From the NCBI RefSeq assembly GCF_046119375.1, contig NW_027366100.1, positions 1 to 64,000 on the forward strand: a stretch of 64,000 bases of DNA, in the 5' to 3' direction. The notes beneath the pieces were generated by a model. The model was not told the DNA's origin. It ran no database searches and worked only from the letters and a program-made list of their open reading frames with translations. Each line of letters starts with the position of its first letter. Position 1 is the first letter of the stretch. Shown piece after piece: positions 1 through 12,795 of the stretch. Source of the DNA: Phyllobates terribilis (taxonomy: Eukaryota). A program made the translations under genes and the position numbers.

Positions 1-531
1 AATGTGTGTAGATGGATGATGGGAATAAATACCTCAGTCTATGCAGGAATATTAAATGTGATGGAGGAATGGAGATGACACCTTACCCTCACATGCGAGG
101 TCCGGTCCGGTCCGGTCGGGGTCGCTGGTCGAGGGTCAGTGGGCTCTTGGGAATGAGCCTTCAACCCCAGCAATAGCGTATCCTTAATTTGGAGAAGCTC
201 CCACACCCGATCGGTTCCGATTTTGAAGGCGTCGGTTACTCAACCGACACGCTTACTCGGTCACGATTTTTCTGAGATCTCCTCCATATCAAGATTTCCT
301 CAACAACCTCATTCAGAGCCTATATAAGAAATCGTTTATCTCCGAATTCAAACACCCCTCCTTTCATATTTGAGTCTGAGAGCTCACGTAGAATAGTAAG
401 GTTAGTCAGCCTTTCAAATTGAGTGCAAGAATTGGAAGTAGTTTTGCAGTTCTGTCTTGAGATTCTAAGCGTCGATAACCGCCTCACTAGCGGGAAGCTT
501 TCAGAATTTAAGGACAGGGATTCGTCTCGGT

Positions 532-1138
532 CACTGTTCTTAAAAACTCTAGGCGGGTTCTAGGCGGTGAGTGAGGCCTAGTGCCTAGGCGTCTAGGCGG
601 GAGCCTAGGTGGGGCCTAGGTGGATCAATATTATAACACTTATTTTCATATTTTAATACAATTTCCTTATATGAAAAGCTAAATAGAAATATACTAATTC
701 ATAATGTTCATACTAATTCATAATTTAACTATTTATTTTTTATATAAGCATATAATTTGCTAATTAATCATCCAAAATTCATAGACTTTATAACATTCTT
801 CATAAAAAAGATCTACAAGACCACAACAAGAAAAAATCTTACAGTTTTCAACGCATGCTTTAACTTAATAAAATAGAAATATAAACTAATCATCCATCTC
901 TTAGTTCTCATTATCCTCAACTTCTTGCTCCATGTCTGACTCATCAAGATCAAACTCATCATTATCTTCATCTACATCATCCTCTGTTCCATCCAATGTT
1001 CTAAAAAATGCGTCTAGACGGGGCCGAGGTGCTAGGCCGCAATCTAGATGGACGATTTTATTCTCACCACCTAAATGAAAAGGCTTAGAAAGTAATCGAA
1101 CGTTAGGGTGCCGCCTAGGCGTATTTTTAAGAACACTG
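532..1138 (-). mobile_element. Internally deleted hAT derivative
   Basis: Terminal inverted repeats CACTGTTCTTAAAAA (532) and TTTTTAAGAACACTG (ending 1138), and CTAGGCG-type subterminal repeats. The minus-strand acidic tail (DEDNDEFDLDESDMEQEVEDNEN) resembles a hAT transposase C-terminus. The 8-bp flanks match only 5/8. Confidence 0.65.
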
Positions 1139-1609
1139 GTCCAGGCTGTGCTCTTCCTTATTCTGTTCTCATATTTGGATACTCTAATTCGTTTACTGTT
1201 GTTCTTCAATTTAATAATATTGATTCAAATTCAGATTATGTGCATGCATAAAATACAGGTCCTACATACACTCCTCCAAGATTTTGTTGAAAATGGATTT
1301 CAATTAGATCTGGTATATGTAAAATAGAATGTCAATATGAATTGAAAAGGACTGCATTGAATTGGTTTGTAAAAACATACTACAGTGGCTTAAGGTTTAG
1401 ATTGACGTTGGTTCAAAAAAGAGCCTTGAGTGCCCTCTGAACTCTAAGAACAACATTTTGTCCCTTGAACTTCCGTAAGATCCTGACTTGAAGTTCCAAA
1501 ATGTGGTCACATATTATTGAGAAAGAAGATCACCTCGTGGAGAATTGGCATCCAATTGTGATATATGTTGAAGCTAGCCTCGAGCAAGATGTTTTCCTTT
1601 AACCACTTT

Positions 1610-2400
1610 TGTTGGATCGTATCGTTGTTTTGGTCACAGGTAAAGGAGTAATCTTTTCCTGAGATTGGTGCATCGGAATTTGATTTAGCACTTGATATGA
1701 CGAACACTCCTTATTTAGAGTGGGGAACCTCAACAAAACTATGTTGAGTAAAACCACTACCTTCTAGTTCTTCACTAGAAGGATTTTCAAACAATACTTT
1801 ATTGATATGGTTCGTTACAAAAGAGAGATCAGATTACACACACTAATCTCTTCTCTCACTCGTGCTCGAACATAAGCTAACAATATTGTTCTCTCTTTTC
1901 TAACCCTAGGTTGTGTTTTCTATTGTTCATCCACACGATTAATTACTAATCGTTCCACTATATATATCAGATCTCAATATATTTTCCATGATAATCTTAT
2001 ATCCTATAAACTAATATTAAATCCGTAGATTCTCTTATTAGTTTACTAGATACAATATTATCGATTACAACTATAATATATAATCCTAACAACTTATTCT
2101 AATCGCCTCTAATTTGATTCTGATTTCCTCTACCTTCATCCGGTCGTTCCAATTTAGTTAGGATTCGCCTAACCTCTTCTCACGCGCTTTGTCGTGATCG
2201 GCTTTCTCCTAGTTCTGGAACTCGTCCCTCGTTCCATCTCACGCTTCCCTTACTATCATTACGCTTCCCTCACTAATAGATATGCTTCCCTAGAATGCTT
2301 ACTTTTCCTAGAGTAGTACATTTCCTGTAAAGGGAAACTTCCCTCAAATGATACCTGCAATACTTCATTCATGTGCACTTCCTTAGATGAGCAAGGAACT
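1610..2400 (-). repeat. 3' LTR of the SIRE-like element (right boundary approximate)
   Basis: 1610-2050 aligns with 9157-9590, and the sequence continues to the PPT-like tract at about 2405. Confidence 0.75.
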
Positions 2401-3055
2401 CTAAAAAAAATTCCCTTTTGATGGTGACAAACACTCTTAACCTTTTAAATTAGAACTAAGCCTGAACATCCTAAACAAACTAGTCCTAGACAAATTCACT
2501 CTAGCACCTACACAATTCCCCCTACGATAAAATATTCCTAGATTCTCTAGTAGGTCATTCCTCCTCAAAAGGTTAACCTATCTAATCTTTCCTCTTTTGT
2601 AATCATCAAAAAGCAACATAAAACCATTAAGCAACAGATAATCACATCACTAGCGCAAAATAACCAAACCAAAGCATTCACAAGTGCCCAACTTTCCAGC
2701 ACTAACAAAAGACAGTTTAACAACACATAAGGGGAAAGTTTTGTCAAGCGTCAAGCAGTCATAGCAAAAAGATCTTGAAAAGAAACCAAAAATAGATTAG
2801 ATGATAAGGGCATGGATTACGGAAGGGACCGGGACAACCGCGGGGAGAGGATTATTCTGATTCAAAATTGTCGTCAGTTGAGGACTTGACCTTTGTGGGC
2901 TCCTTATGTGTCTTGAAGAACATGATATCTTCATGTAGGCTCAAAACCTTGTGATCCAGCCTCCTAACATGTTCAACCAGCAATGCACTCAGCTCACACA
3001 GTTGCCTCAGACGTGTCTGCACATCGACCTTCTATGGAAACTAGTCAAGCAGTTC

Positions 3056-4583
3056 CTAAATCTCGTCATGTTCATCAATCTTGCCCTTCCCTTTACCCTT
3101 TGTCTCAAGAACATGTCCCCAACCTTGTTCTCCCATTTGAAACAACACTTTCTTCAGAGTTGATCCCCCCAATTCCTTGCTATATATCCGATCCCTCTTC
3201 ACTTCCTTGTAGATACTATGATACTTGAGGACTTTCCTTACTGCAGAAGGGAATGGAAGTCCATGGTATTTGGTACCTCGTACGTGCACCATGTCCCGCA
3301 TCATCATCGTAGGAGACTGATCATTTCCTTACTGAGAAACTTCTCCATAAGCAGAACATCTTGAATCAATAGTTGGCTCTTCTTCTGCTCCCGTGGGATG
3401 ATGTTGGATAGCAGCTGGTAGTGGGAAATTCTGGAGGTGGTGGGCACCAGACAGACAATCACGTCCCCGATAATCATTGCCTTAGGATCCCCCAACATTG
3501 TGCGAACCGTAGTTACCTTCATGTCCCTAGGCCAACCTCCTTTGGTATACATCTCATACCCGTCATGTGGCACTTTCAGGATGCTTCCTAACTCTCCACT
3601 CATGAAAACTAGGGAAGTTCCCTGATCTTACACGAAGCTACCATAGCAGATGCATTAATATCAAGGTAAAGGGAAGTGTAGAACTCACGGATGAGGGATG
3701 AGTTAATTGAGGACTTTGGTGAGAAGATGGCAGCCAAACCTTGATGATCGATCAGCTCATGTACTGTCAGCTGGCCATTTTCCTTCAAGAATTTCCATAG
3801 TATAAACCATTTTTTATGATAGGACAAGTGCTGACCTCTAGGGCTGCCTGAACTTCCATGTCTGCCATTGCCTTCTCCGTTTTTGCAATCATCCCTTGTG
3901 TTAGCCTTATTGGTGGCCTATCAACTTTCATCTTCTTGGGAATTGATTATTCTTTGTCACTTGAGTCGATGGATACTATGGAGGTTCATGACGAGGCTCT
4001 GGTCTTCCTTTTCACTGGTGTAGCTGGGGTTCATTTCTACCCGCGCTTGGGAGCAGCTTTTTTCGCTTCTTTTTCCACTAGCGCTTTCATTTCTACCTCT
4101 TTCTCCTTTAGTTCTTCTTCAAGATTACGCATCGCATCTGATGCAGTTTTAGTAAGTATTGGCGGCGGTGAGTCTGATCTGGGAGGGTCGGCGGATGCCG
4201 GTTGAGTTTCTTTCAGGTTTTCTGTCGGATCTTGGGTGCTCTGTTTTTTTTTGTGTTTTTAGGGTGAGGTTAAGGTTATGGTTTTGCGGTGGAGAGGTAT
4301 GATGAGCGATGTTGGATGGGTATTTCTTTGGTTGGTAAAGTACCAGCACCGATTCTGGGTTTTGGACATGCATTTCTGGTTCGTCAATGGCGGTGTTGGG
4401 TATCGACATCACTTTGATGCCAGGGTTCGCTGGATTTTTGACTTCTTCGGTTGTTGATTCAGTGAATGCCGGGTTTAGGGATTCTTTGGGGATGATTAGT
4501 TTAGTAATATCAATGACGATCGCTAAAAGCTTGGTTCTTAGGTCTTCATGGTCGAATGTCGGGGTTGAGGATGAAGTGGCCAT
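3056..4583 (-). pseudogene. Broken env-like ORF of the Sirevirus
   Basis: ORF fragments lie between RNase H and the 3' LTR. The LIREFYTSL motif resembles the plant env-like/transposon protein family. Confidence 0.55.
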
Positions 4584-5291
4584 TGGGTTTTAGAGGGGTT
4601 GTGTGTTTGGGAGAGAAATTCTTGGGAGAAAGAGGATGATGGGAGAATAAGAGTGGTGAGAGAATGAGGGTGATGTGTTTTAGGTTTTATGATCTGTTTG
4701 AACTCACTGGCCAATGCACTAGATTTACTGTCCCGAGAGTGTAATGAGTTTTGTAGCTTTTCTGGCAGGGGCTCTTCATGCAGCTGTCACATCCATCGGT
4801 TTTAACTTTTTCCCAAAGTCACATTTCTACTTGTTCAATATCTGGCTTGACCTATTATTATTTCTCTCTGTTCCCACATTTGTGCATGCATAGTCTCCTT
4901 CTAACTAAATTCAAAAATATGACCTTTCACTTTCCCGCACATAGTTTGTACCGGTGGTGAAGTAGTGTAACGTGTTGGGGTATCGGTACCAAGAAGTGAT
5001 CATAGAGCTTTTCTATTACGAGAGGCTAGGGTGGCCTGTAGATTTCCTCCATCACTTGGTTTTGTAATGTTGGAATAAAAGGTCATCAGGAGGATTCTTT
5101 TGGGCCGAAATAAAAGCTTTTTACATATAAATACACAATCTTATCAACAAAATAGGTCAATCATGAGTACGAAACTTATATTTATAGTGTAGACACGGAA
5201 GGCACAAATTCATGTCAGGGAAGTGAGAATTAAGTATGACTCTGTTAGAATCAGTTAAGTAATGAATAAATTTGCTATTCTTCACTAGTCA

Positions 5292-7030
5292 TTAGAGACA
5301 CTCAAACAAGGAAAACAATTGGTTGAGGGAAAACATACCGAGTTTCATTCTTAATTTCTCGTATGGTTCCTTGTTCAGTGCTTTTGTGAAGATGTCGACA
5401 ATTTGATTTTCTGTGCGGGAAAATTCCATTGTCACCATCCCTTTGTCCACACAAGTCCGAAGGAAGTGATATCTAATCTCAATATTCTTAGTTTGTAAGT
5501 GTTGCACAGTATTCTTAGAGATTGTTAGTTGTATGAACTAGCCCCTTCGTTCGTATAACTGATAATGCCTTAGTTTTAATGATAACAAACTACCTTATGA
5601 ACTAATATGTGTATTGAGTGAGATATCGCAGGAAATCGATAGGCCTTTGAGTTACTAAGGAAGCTAAAGCGTGGAAAGCAACGAGCTTAAGAGAAGAGAC
5701 AAGAGCGAGTTCAGCGAGAAGACTAGCGCTCAAGGCGCTTAACTAGGAGCAAGGGAACCAAAGTATACTGAAGGGGAACAAACAATGAGAGTGAAGGATC
5801 GAGCTGCACAAAGTAACACGCTACACAAGGAGGACGCGCTCAAGGGGACCGAATACGCTCAAGGGGACCGAGCGCGTATTTATGGAAAGAAATCTTCCTT
5901 GAAGCTAAAAAAGGAAAGAGAGCTAAAGAAGGAAAGAGTTGATTCGCCAAGAGATTTACCAGATTCGAGATCTTAACAGTTGAAGCTAGTTTGTCATTAT
6001 ATTCGGCTAGTTTAGATTTAATACTTTATTTATTATTATTCACTTGATTTTAGGTAATTAGTTCCCGGTGATTATGCCATAGTATAAATAGTTTAGTTCT
6101 TTTATCAAAAGAGAGGTTGTCGAACTAGACTGAAAGAGTTAATCTTGATTTAGAGCTTAGGCAATAGCTAGGAGAGTTGAGAGAAACTAAGAACTGTGTG
6201 TTCTCCTAGTTGTTGTAAGTCTCAAGAGAAATCAAATCAACCAATCTTTTGGAATTGAAGTGTTTATTTGTTCTTAGTCTTATATTCCGCACAAAAATAT
6301 TATATCTTTAGTTAGACTAAGTACTTCACGATCCACAAAGATATTTATTGTTCTTGTGTTATCGCAAAATATTGGGACATACTTTGTTAAAATACCAAAG
6401 TCACTTAGTTGTTGCTTGAGCCATAGGAGTTGGGAGCAACATGTTGTTGCGGCATGATACTCGGCTTCAACTGTGGGGAGTGCCATAGACGTTTTGATCC
6501 CCATGATACTAGACAAGGTCCAAGGAATCGAGCCATGCCAGAGGTGGACTTCTTATCAACTGGATTCCCTGTAAAGTCTGCGCCCGTGTACCCAATAAGA
6601 TTTAGATCTCCTCCTCTGGGATACTAGAGACATAGGTCATTCGTCCCCCTGAGATATCAAAGTATCCTTTTGAATTCCCTTATGTGTATTTCCTTTGGAT
6701 TTTCTTGGAACCTAGCACATAAACACACACTATACATAACATATGGCCTACTTGTTGTTAGATAAAGCAGCGAGCAAATCATTCCCCTTTATAGCGTTTG
6801 ATCAACGTTTCCCTCATGGTCATCCTTCCCTAGTTATTCGTTTGGAGACATGGGTATTGAGAACGGTTTGTCATCGGTCATCCCGAACTTCTTGATGCAC
6901 TCTTGAATGTGTTTTTGTTCATGGAATTTTGTGCCTTCCTCTGTTTGTATTACTTGTAATCCAAGGAAGAATTGTAGTTCTCCAACCATGCTCATCTCAA
7001 ATTCACTTTCCATATTGACATTTTCCACGG
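5292..7030 (-). pseudogene. SIRE RT C-terminus and RNase H, split by a solo LTR
   Basis: EFEMSMVGELQFFLGLQV, TVEAEYHAA, IFCDN, and TKNIEIRYHFLR...DIFTKAL. Confidence 0.85.
5523..6337. mobile_element. Solo LTR (about 815 bp) inserted in the SIRE RNase H
   Basis: TG...CA ends with flanks GAGAT/AAGAT (4/5 TSD match). Removing it restores the frame TINISKNTVQHLQTKNIEIRYHF. Confidence 0.85.
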
Positions 7031-7039
7031 TGACATGAT

Positions 7040-9140
7040 TTGAGATGTTTACCTTCCCTATACCTGTGATTTCTCCTTTGCTTTTGTTTCTAAAAGTGAT
7101 TGCTCCGCTAGAGCATTGTTGAAGTGAAACGAACTAGCCCATGTTTCTTGCTATGTGATATGAGCAAGCACTACCTATGTACCAGGAACTCTTCGTCACT
7201 TTCCCCTGCATGTATAAAGTTAGTTTTTACGTACCCAAGTAAGCTTAGGCTTACTGGGTTTCGGGGTAACATTTTCCAGATTAGTTACTTTAGCAGGCTT
7301 TTCCCTTTTAGTTGTTGGTTTCATTTTATCCTTATTGATAGCATAGGCATTTTTATTTCTTTCAATCATACGTTTCCTAGCATAGCATTCGTGTTTGTAA
7401 TGACCTTGCTTCCCAAAGTGCCAACAAACTCTATGACATATTAGGTTTACATATTTACTTTGTGCCTGCCATATTGATTTATTTTCTTTACGTGCCTGGA
7501 AGTCAATCTTGGAAGGTTTCTCGTTTTGGACTTGACCGAGCAACATGGTGTATGTCTTTTGTCCATCAAACCATGGTTTAGTCAAATTTGAGGGAATTTG
7601 TTCCCTTCCTTTTCCCTCACCATGTTTTTGTCCATAATGTGGATCTTTACATGGTTCGGTAAGGATTTTAGGAACGTTTCCCACCTTGCCTAGTCCTGGA
7701 TGAGAAACAAACTTCTTTGTAAAATTTTCATTTTCTAGTTTTGCTTCCCAAACATGCTTTTTCTTTTCGTCATCAAGCTTAAGAGTTTATATTTTTTAGC
7801 AATTTGGTTTCGGAATGAGACAATGAATTTTTAAGAGATTTCCGAATATTTAGATTCTTGTTTAAGTAAGAGACTTCATCTACTAGTGTAGGGCACTTAG
7901 TACACATCCCTCAGATCGAGGAGGAGATTTTCTCAAGGTTCTTCACCTTTTCTGTCCAGATTTTATTGTCATGGATCAGATTTGAGATAACTTCCTCCTT
8001 TTCCTCAACAACAACTCGAAAGTTCCCCAATTTCATTTCCCTATTTTCTAATAAGATTGGTAAGATGCTCTTTAGAGTTTTCTTTTCATTTGATTAGAAG
8101 AATGGATTTCGTTACCTCTTCCTCTATTGGATCCTCGTTCTCCATTAGACACATGTCTCCTGTTGGCAGGGACGCTTCCTCGTCTGAGTCAGATTCTCCT
8201 CATGTTGACAGCATTTCACTTTTTCGAGTTTGTGCGGGCGGTTCTCTAGGCTTTTTCTTGAAGCAGTTCCTTGTGAAATGACCCTTCTTTTGACAGTGGT
8301 AACATATCACCTTTTTTCATATCTTTGTTCCCCTCATAGGTACAAGGTGTGTCACGACTTCCTTTCCATACCTTCTTGAATGCTCGGGTAATGAGGGCAA
8401 CTTCATCATCAACGTCCTCTTCTCCACCTTCGACTTGATCCAGATCGAACTCTTTCTCGATCTTAAGAGCAATACTTTAGGATTTTTCTGCTTCCCTTCG
8501 GGTAGTCTTCCTTTGTTGTATCCATGCATTGCTTTGAAGCCTTGCGACCAGTTTCCTCCAAGGTGGCGTCCCATTTTGAGTTTAGTGCTTGTAGGACTTC
8601 ATGGGTAATCTTCCAGTCTGGCATGACTTCTCCTAAGAATTTGAGTTGCCCGATGTATCCTTGGAATCGAGAGTGAATTCCTCCAAGGTCTCTCCTTTCT
8701 GCTGGGGCACATTGTTGTAGTCTTTTAGTACTACTAAGATTCCATTTTTCTTTACATCCTCGTTTCCACCGTGCATTCTTTTTAGTGCTTCCCATATTTC
8801 ATGTGCTGATTTGTAACGGAGAACTTTCCTCAAGTCAGATGGTTCGAGAGCCATGTGGAGTATCTTCTTTGCATGGTTGTTGAGCTCTAGTACATTGTAG
8901 TCTGTGTCGGTGTAGTCCTTTCTAACCTTATCAGCCGTCTTTCCCGCATCTTCCCGTACCTTTTCGTTTCCATGTTCGAAAACTTTCCATAGTTGGTAAT
9001 TCAGGGAATACACATAGGAATCGAATTGTTCCACCCACCAATCGTATTCGCCGGTCTTGAGAATTGAAGGCTTCCATAAGGAATCATTGATTGTTGAGCT
9101 TGACGAATTTTTTGAGTGATTGATTTTGATAATGACACCA
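7040..9140 (-). pseudogene. SIRE gag and protease, frameshifted
   Basis: AHEIWEALKRMHGG (Copia gag); Zn knuckle CYHCQKKGHFTRNC near 8265-8306; second knuckle plus KLTWVRK; degenerate protease WYIGSACSYHIA near 7145-7185. Confidence 0.85.
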
Positions 9141-10895
9141 GGCTCTGATACCAATTGTTGGATCATATCGTTATTTTGGTCACAAGGAAACGAGTTATCT
9201 TCCCCTGAGATTGTTGCAGTCGAATTTGATTTAGCATTTGATATGACGAACACTACTTATTTAGAGTGAAAACCTCAACAAAACTATGTTGAGTAAAACC
9301 ACTACCTTCTAGTTCTTCACTAGAAGGATTTTCAAACAATACTTTATTGATATGGTTTGTTACAAAGAGATCTCGGATAACACACACTAATCTATTTTCT
9401 CACTCGCGCTCGAACTTAACCTTACAATATTTTTCTCTCTTTTCTAAGCCTAGGCTGTGTTTTCTATTGTTCATCAACATGATTAATTACTAATCACTCC
9501 ACTATATATATCAGATCCCAAGATATTTTCCATGATAATCTCATATCCTATAACTAATATTAAATATGTAGATTCTCTTATTAGTTTACTAGAGGGTGTT
9601 GTTGGAGTTCATAGCCGCGCTCGTATTGACCGTATGGGTGTCGAGGTGGTGCAGAATGGCGCATCGGTCTTGCGCCGCGTTCAAGGTCATGTGGATGGGA
9701 GGTCGGTCGAGGTTGGTTCCCGATGTGCTTGAGTTCTTTTTCATGTAAGAGCCTCGTCTCTTCCTCCGACATGATTCTCTCTCTTCGTCTTGTCGACGTT
9801 GCCTCTCGTCGGCCTCTTGACGGAGCCTCTCCTCCTCTTCTTTTTGTTGTTTTCTTCTTTCCTTCTAGATTAGGTAGTCGTTAAACTCGGCGATTTCCCT
9901 GCTAGTTGCGTAGACTTGACTCTTGGCAGTGTTGTTCTTGGATTCAGACGTTGCTCGAGAATGGGACACTCGGCATCTGCTCAATGCGTTGCTAGCACTT
10001 TCCATCTTACGGACTCTTGGTTGGCTTAATTGCGTGAGAAAGAAACCACGGTCGACGCAAGTGTTGAAGCCCAGATTCTCGTCGAGAGGCTGAAAGTCTA
10101 AATTTGCTCGTCTTCACTGAGGGAGAGCTAGATTAAGGGCGCCAAGAGTCTTGTATGGATCGTCGATGATCTTCTGTTCCACCTCGCCGATGTACATGCA
10201 CAACCAAGCCTAGAGGGGATCTTCCTCTGGATTTGGCTCTCCGATGCTCAAGTCAGTCGAGGCTTGAACGAGGAGTAAAAGTGTTTAGAGAGAAGAATAA
10301 AGACAAAATAGGGCTCGAGTCTTGACCTTTGGAGTTTTCTAAAAAGGAATGATTATGCTGTCACTTTCTTTGCAAATTTTGGCAGAGTTTCAGTACTGCA
10401 AAAAGGAATGTGAATAGTGTACTCTGACTAACTACTATTTATTCGGGAATAAATGATCCCCTACCTTTCCATTTCTAACCAATCATATCAGATCATTCCT
10501 TTAGTTTCCCTTTCTCCTTTCTTGGGCTTTAGGGTAATGGGTCTTTTTCCCTCAAATCCGCTAATAAGAACCAATATCATGCACCAAGGAAATCCGCCCC
10601 AACAATAAGTTCATCAATTCTTCACTTAATCAACCCTTAAGCTGATAATATGCCTAAATCCATGGCCTTACCTTCTTTTACCTAAACAAAATTATAACTG
10701 GTCGATCGTAGATTGACAGCAAGAAAGAGCATTATGTACAAAGGTTACTTCGATGAGGGTTGCAACAGTGTTCCGAAGTAGGCTAGGCTCTTGTAAGAGG
10801 TTGTTCAATGGTGGTGGTGGGAAAAAACACAAGGCGACGAAAGTGTGACATGATACTTGTTCGAGTGGAGAGGCGAAGCAACAATGACTCACAGA

Positions 10896-12795
10896 CTGTG
10901 ACGGATTTAGGGGGGTATTAGGGGACCGGGGCCCCTTGTTTACCCGATCCCGGTAATTATATTTAGTGGAAAAAAACAAAAAATAGATATATTCTAAATA
11001 AATCCAATCTATAACAACAAAATTATCTAGCTAAGGTGGTAAGCTCTCATTGTACGATGGGAAGGTCTAGAGTTCGAATCTCATATCCATCCAATCTCTC
11101 CTATTTTTGATATTTTATTAATAACTTTCACTATATTTTTTATGGTTATATTTATCCTTATAGATTTTGGTTCTAGTAAAACAGCCTTTTATGGTAAAAC
11201 AGTAATACTGATGTGCAGCGTTGGATCAGGCAAAATCTAATGGCTGGGATTAAAATGAATTCGTCCTAATTAAATTTTAGTAAAATAAAAAGAATTTACC
11301 ACTAGAATCTAGGGATTTTACCTTCTCATAACACGCGCCTTCGTTCTATTTTATCACCCCACCTCACAGAAAATCGAAATTTGCCCCCTTTTTACCTTCG
11401 TTCTTCGTCTCCTTTATCGCATAGTTTTTTCGCCTATTCTACTGCCGAATTCGCCTCTGCCGCTGCTCTCTTTCACTCCTCATCGCCTTCGATCCTTCTC
11501 CTCTTCTTTCTACTGCCATTAATTCTTCATCGCGAGCCCTCAAAGTCGCTTTCGTCTGTTGTTGCCTTCGTTCTGCTTCAATCTCGATTTCGTCTTCTTT
11601 GTACCTACTCGCCTAAAAACGCAACCAAAGAATCGAAATTCAGCAAACCGTAGGTTGATATTGAAACGAAATTGAAATTCACCATGTACAACCAAGGTTT
11701 GAAGTATTGTAAATTTCCGAAAAACAGATACTGAATTTAGAAAATCGTTCACAGAAATAAGAAAACAATGTTTTCTCCGTGACTTAATGTTGATTTTCGA
11801 AAACCAATACGAAAACAGCGTTTTCCGAAAATTAACCAACAATTATATCTATGTTTTTCGCGTTTTATCGTTGGGTTTTCGTGACTTGTACTCTGTTTTT
11901 CTTGTGTTAGACAACAATTCCAACGAAGGGAACTAAACGATCAAAACGAAAACGCATTTGAAGAACAGAAATTCAGATGAACCGAAAATCGAAATAGCGA
12001 GAATCGAAATTCAGATGAATCTTAACAGATGAATCGATAATTTACAAATCAAAATTCATATGAATCTAAAATTTAACACATTGATCTTCAATAACCAAAC
12101 AAGTCGAAATAAAAGGATTTGCTATTGGAAAAATAGAGTTGTCTAATACACAATGATAAACGCATTCAAATAATCTAAATTCAACAAACCGCAAGTCGAT
12201 CTTGAATAGAAATTGAAATTCACCATGTACAACCAAGGTTAGAAGGACTGTAATTTTTCGAAAAACAGATCATGAAATGCGAAAAACATTCACAGATTTA
12301 CGAAAAACATAATTGTACACAGAAAAAACTGACCTTGATGGAACTTGAACGATTTGTGAACTCTCAACGGAAGATTTCTCAGATGATGAAGATGCAGCTC
12401 TTCTCGATTAAACAACAACAACTGATTTCGTTTTTCAATATCATGTATGGAGGAAGATTTGATTTTGTACGTCTTTTTTAAAGCCACGCGCCTGATTAGT
12501 GTCCAATTTAAAAAAAAATCCCAAGATTCTCTCCCTATTTAAAAATTATTTTTCATTTATTTTATCATTTTTTTCCTATCAGATCTAAACCATCCATTTG
12601 GTTCAATCTAATGGTCCAGATTAGTACTACCGTTTTACCACAAAAATCGTTTTACCGGAACCCACCTCTATCCTTATAAGTATATTTTATTTATTATAAT
12701 TACTAAATTAATAATAAAATTTATTATTATTATATATTAGATTAAATTTTTTAAAAATATAGTGACCCCCTTAAAAAATTCTAGATCCGCCATTG
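10896..12795. mobile_element. hAT-type MITE (GCGGATCTAG family) hosting a MULE
   Basis: Ends CTGTGACGGATTTAG and CTAGATCCGCCATTG. The 8-bp flanks CTCACAGA/CTCACGGT match 6/8. Confidence 0.7.
11163..12668. mobile_element. Non-autonomous MULE (about 1.5 kb)
   Basis: Perfect 10-bp TSD TATCCTTATA (11153-11162 and 12669-12678). Imperfect TIRs GA..GGTTC.AGTAAAAC. No convincing ORF. Confidence 0.85.

Larger units (their letters stand above)
1610..9590 (-). mobile_element. SIRE/Sirevirus-like Ty1/Copia, decayed, integrase deleted, 5' LTR truncated
   Basis: LTR copies start TGTTGGATC at 1610 and about 9157. PBS GGCTCTGATACCA at about 9142-9154 (tRNA-Met, minus strand). Degenerate Sirevirus-type PPT near 2405-2430. 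Minus-strand order: gag, two Zn knuckles, protease, RT C-terminus, RNase H, env-like ORF. Confidence 0.85.

Noticed and set aside
3056-4583. Endogenous virus
   Set aside because: An env-like ORF between pol and the 3' LTR is a known Sirevirus feature.
11029-11085. tRNA gene
   Set aside because: Only A/B-box-like motifs are present, with no complete cloverleaf, and they lie within a MITE.
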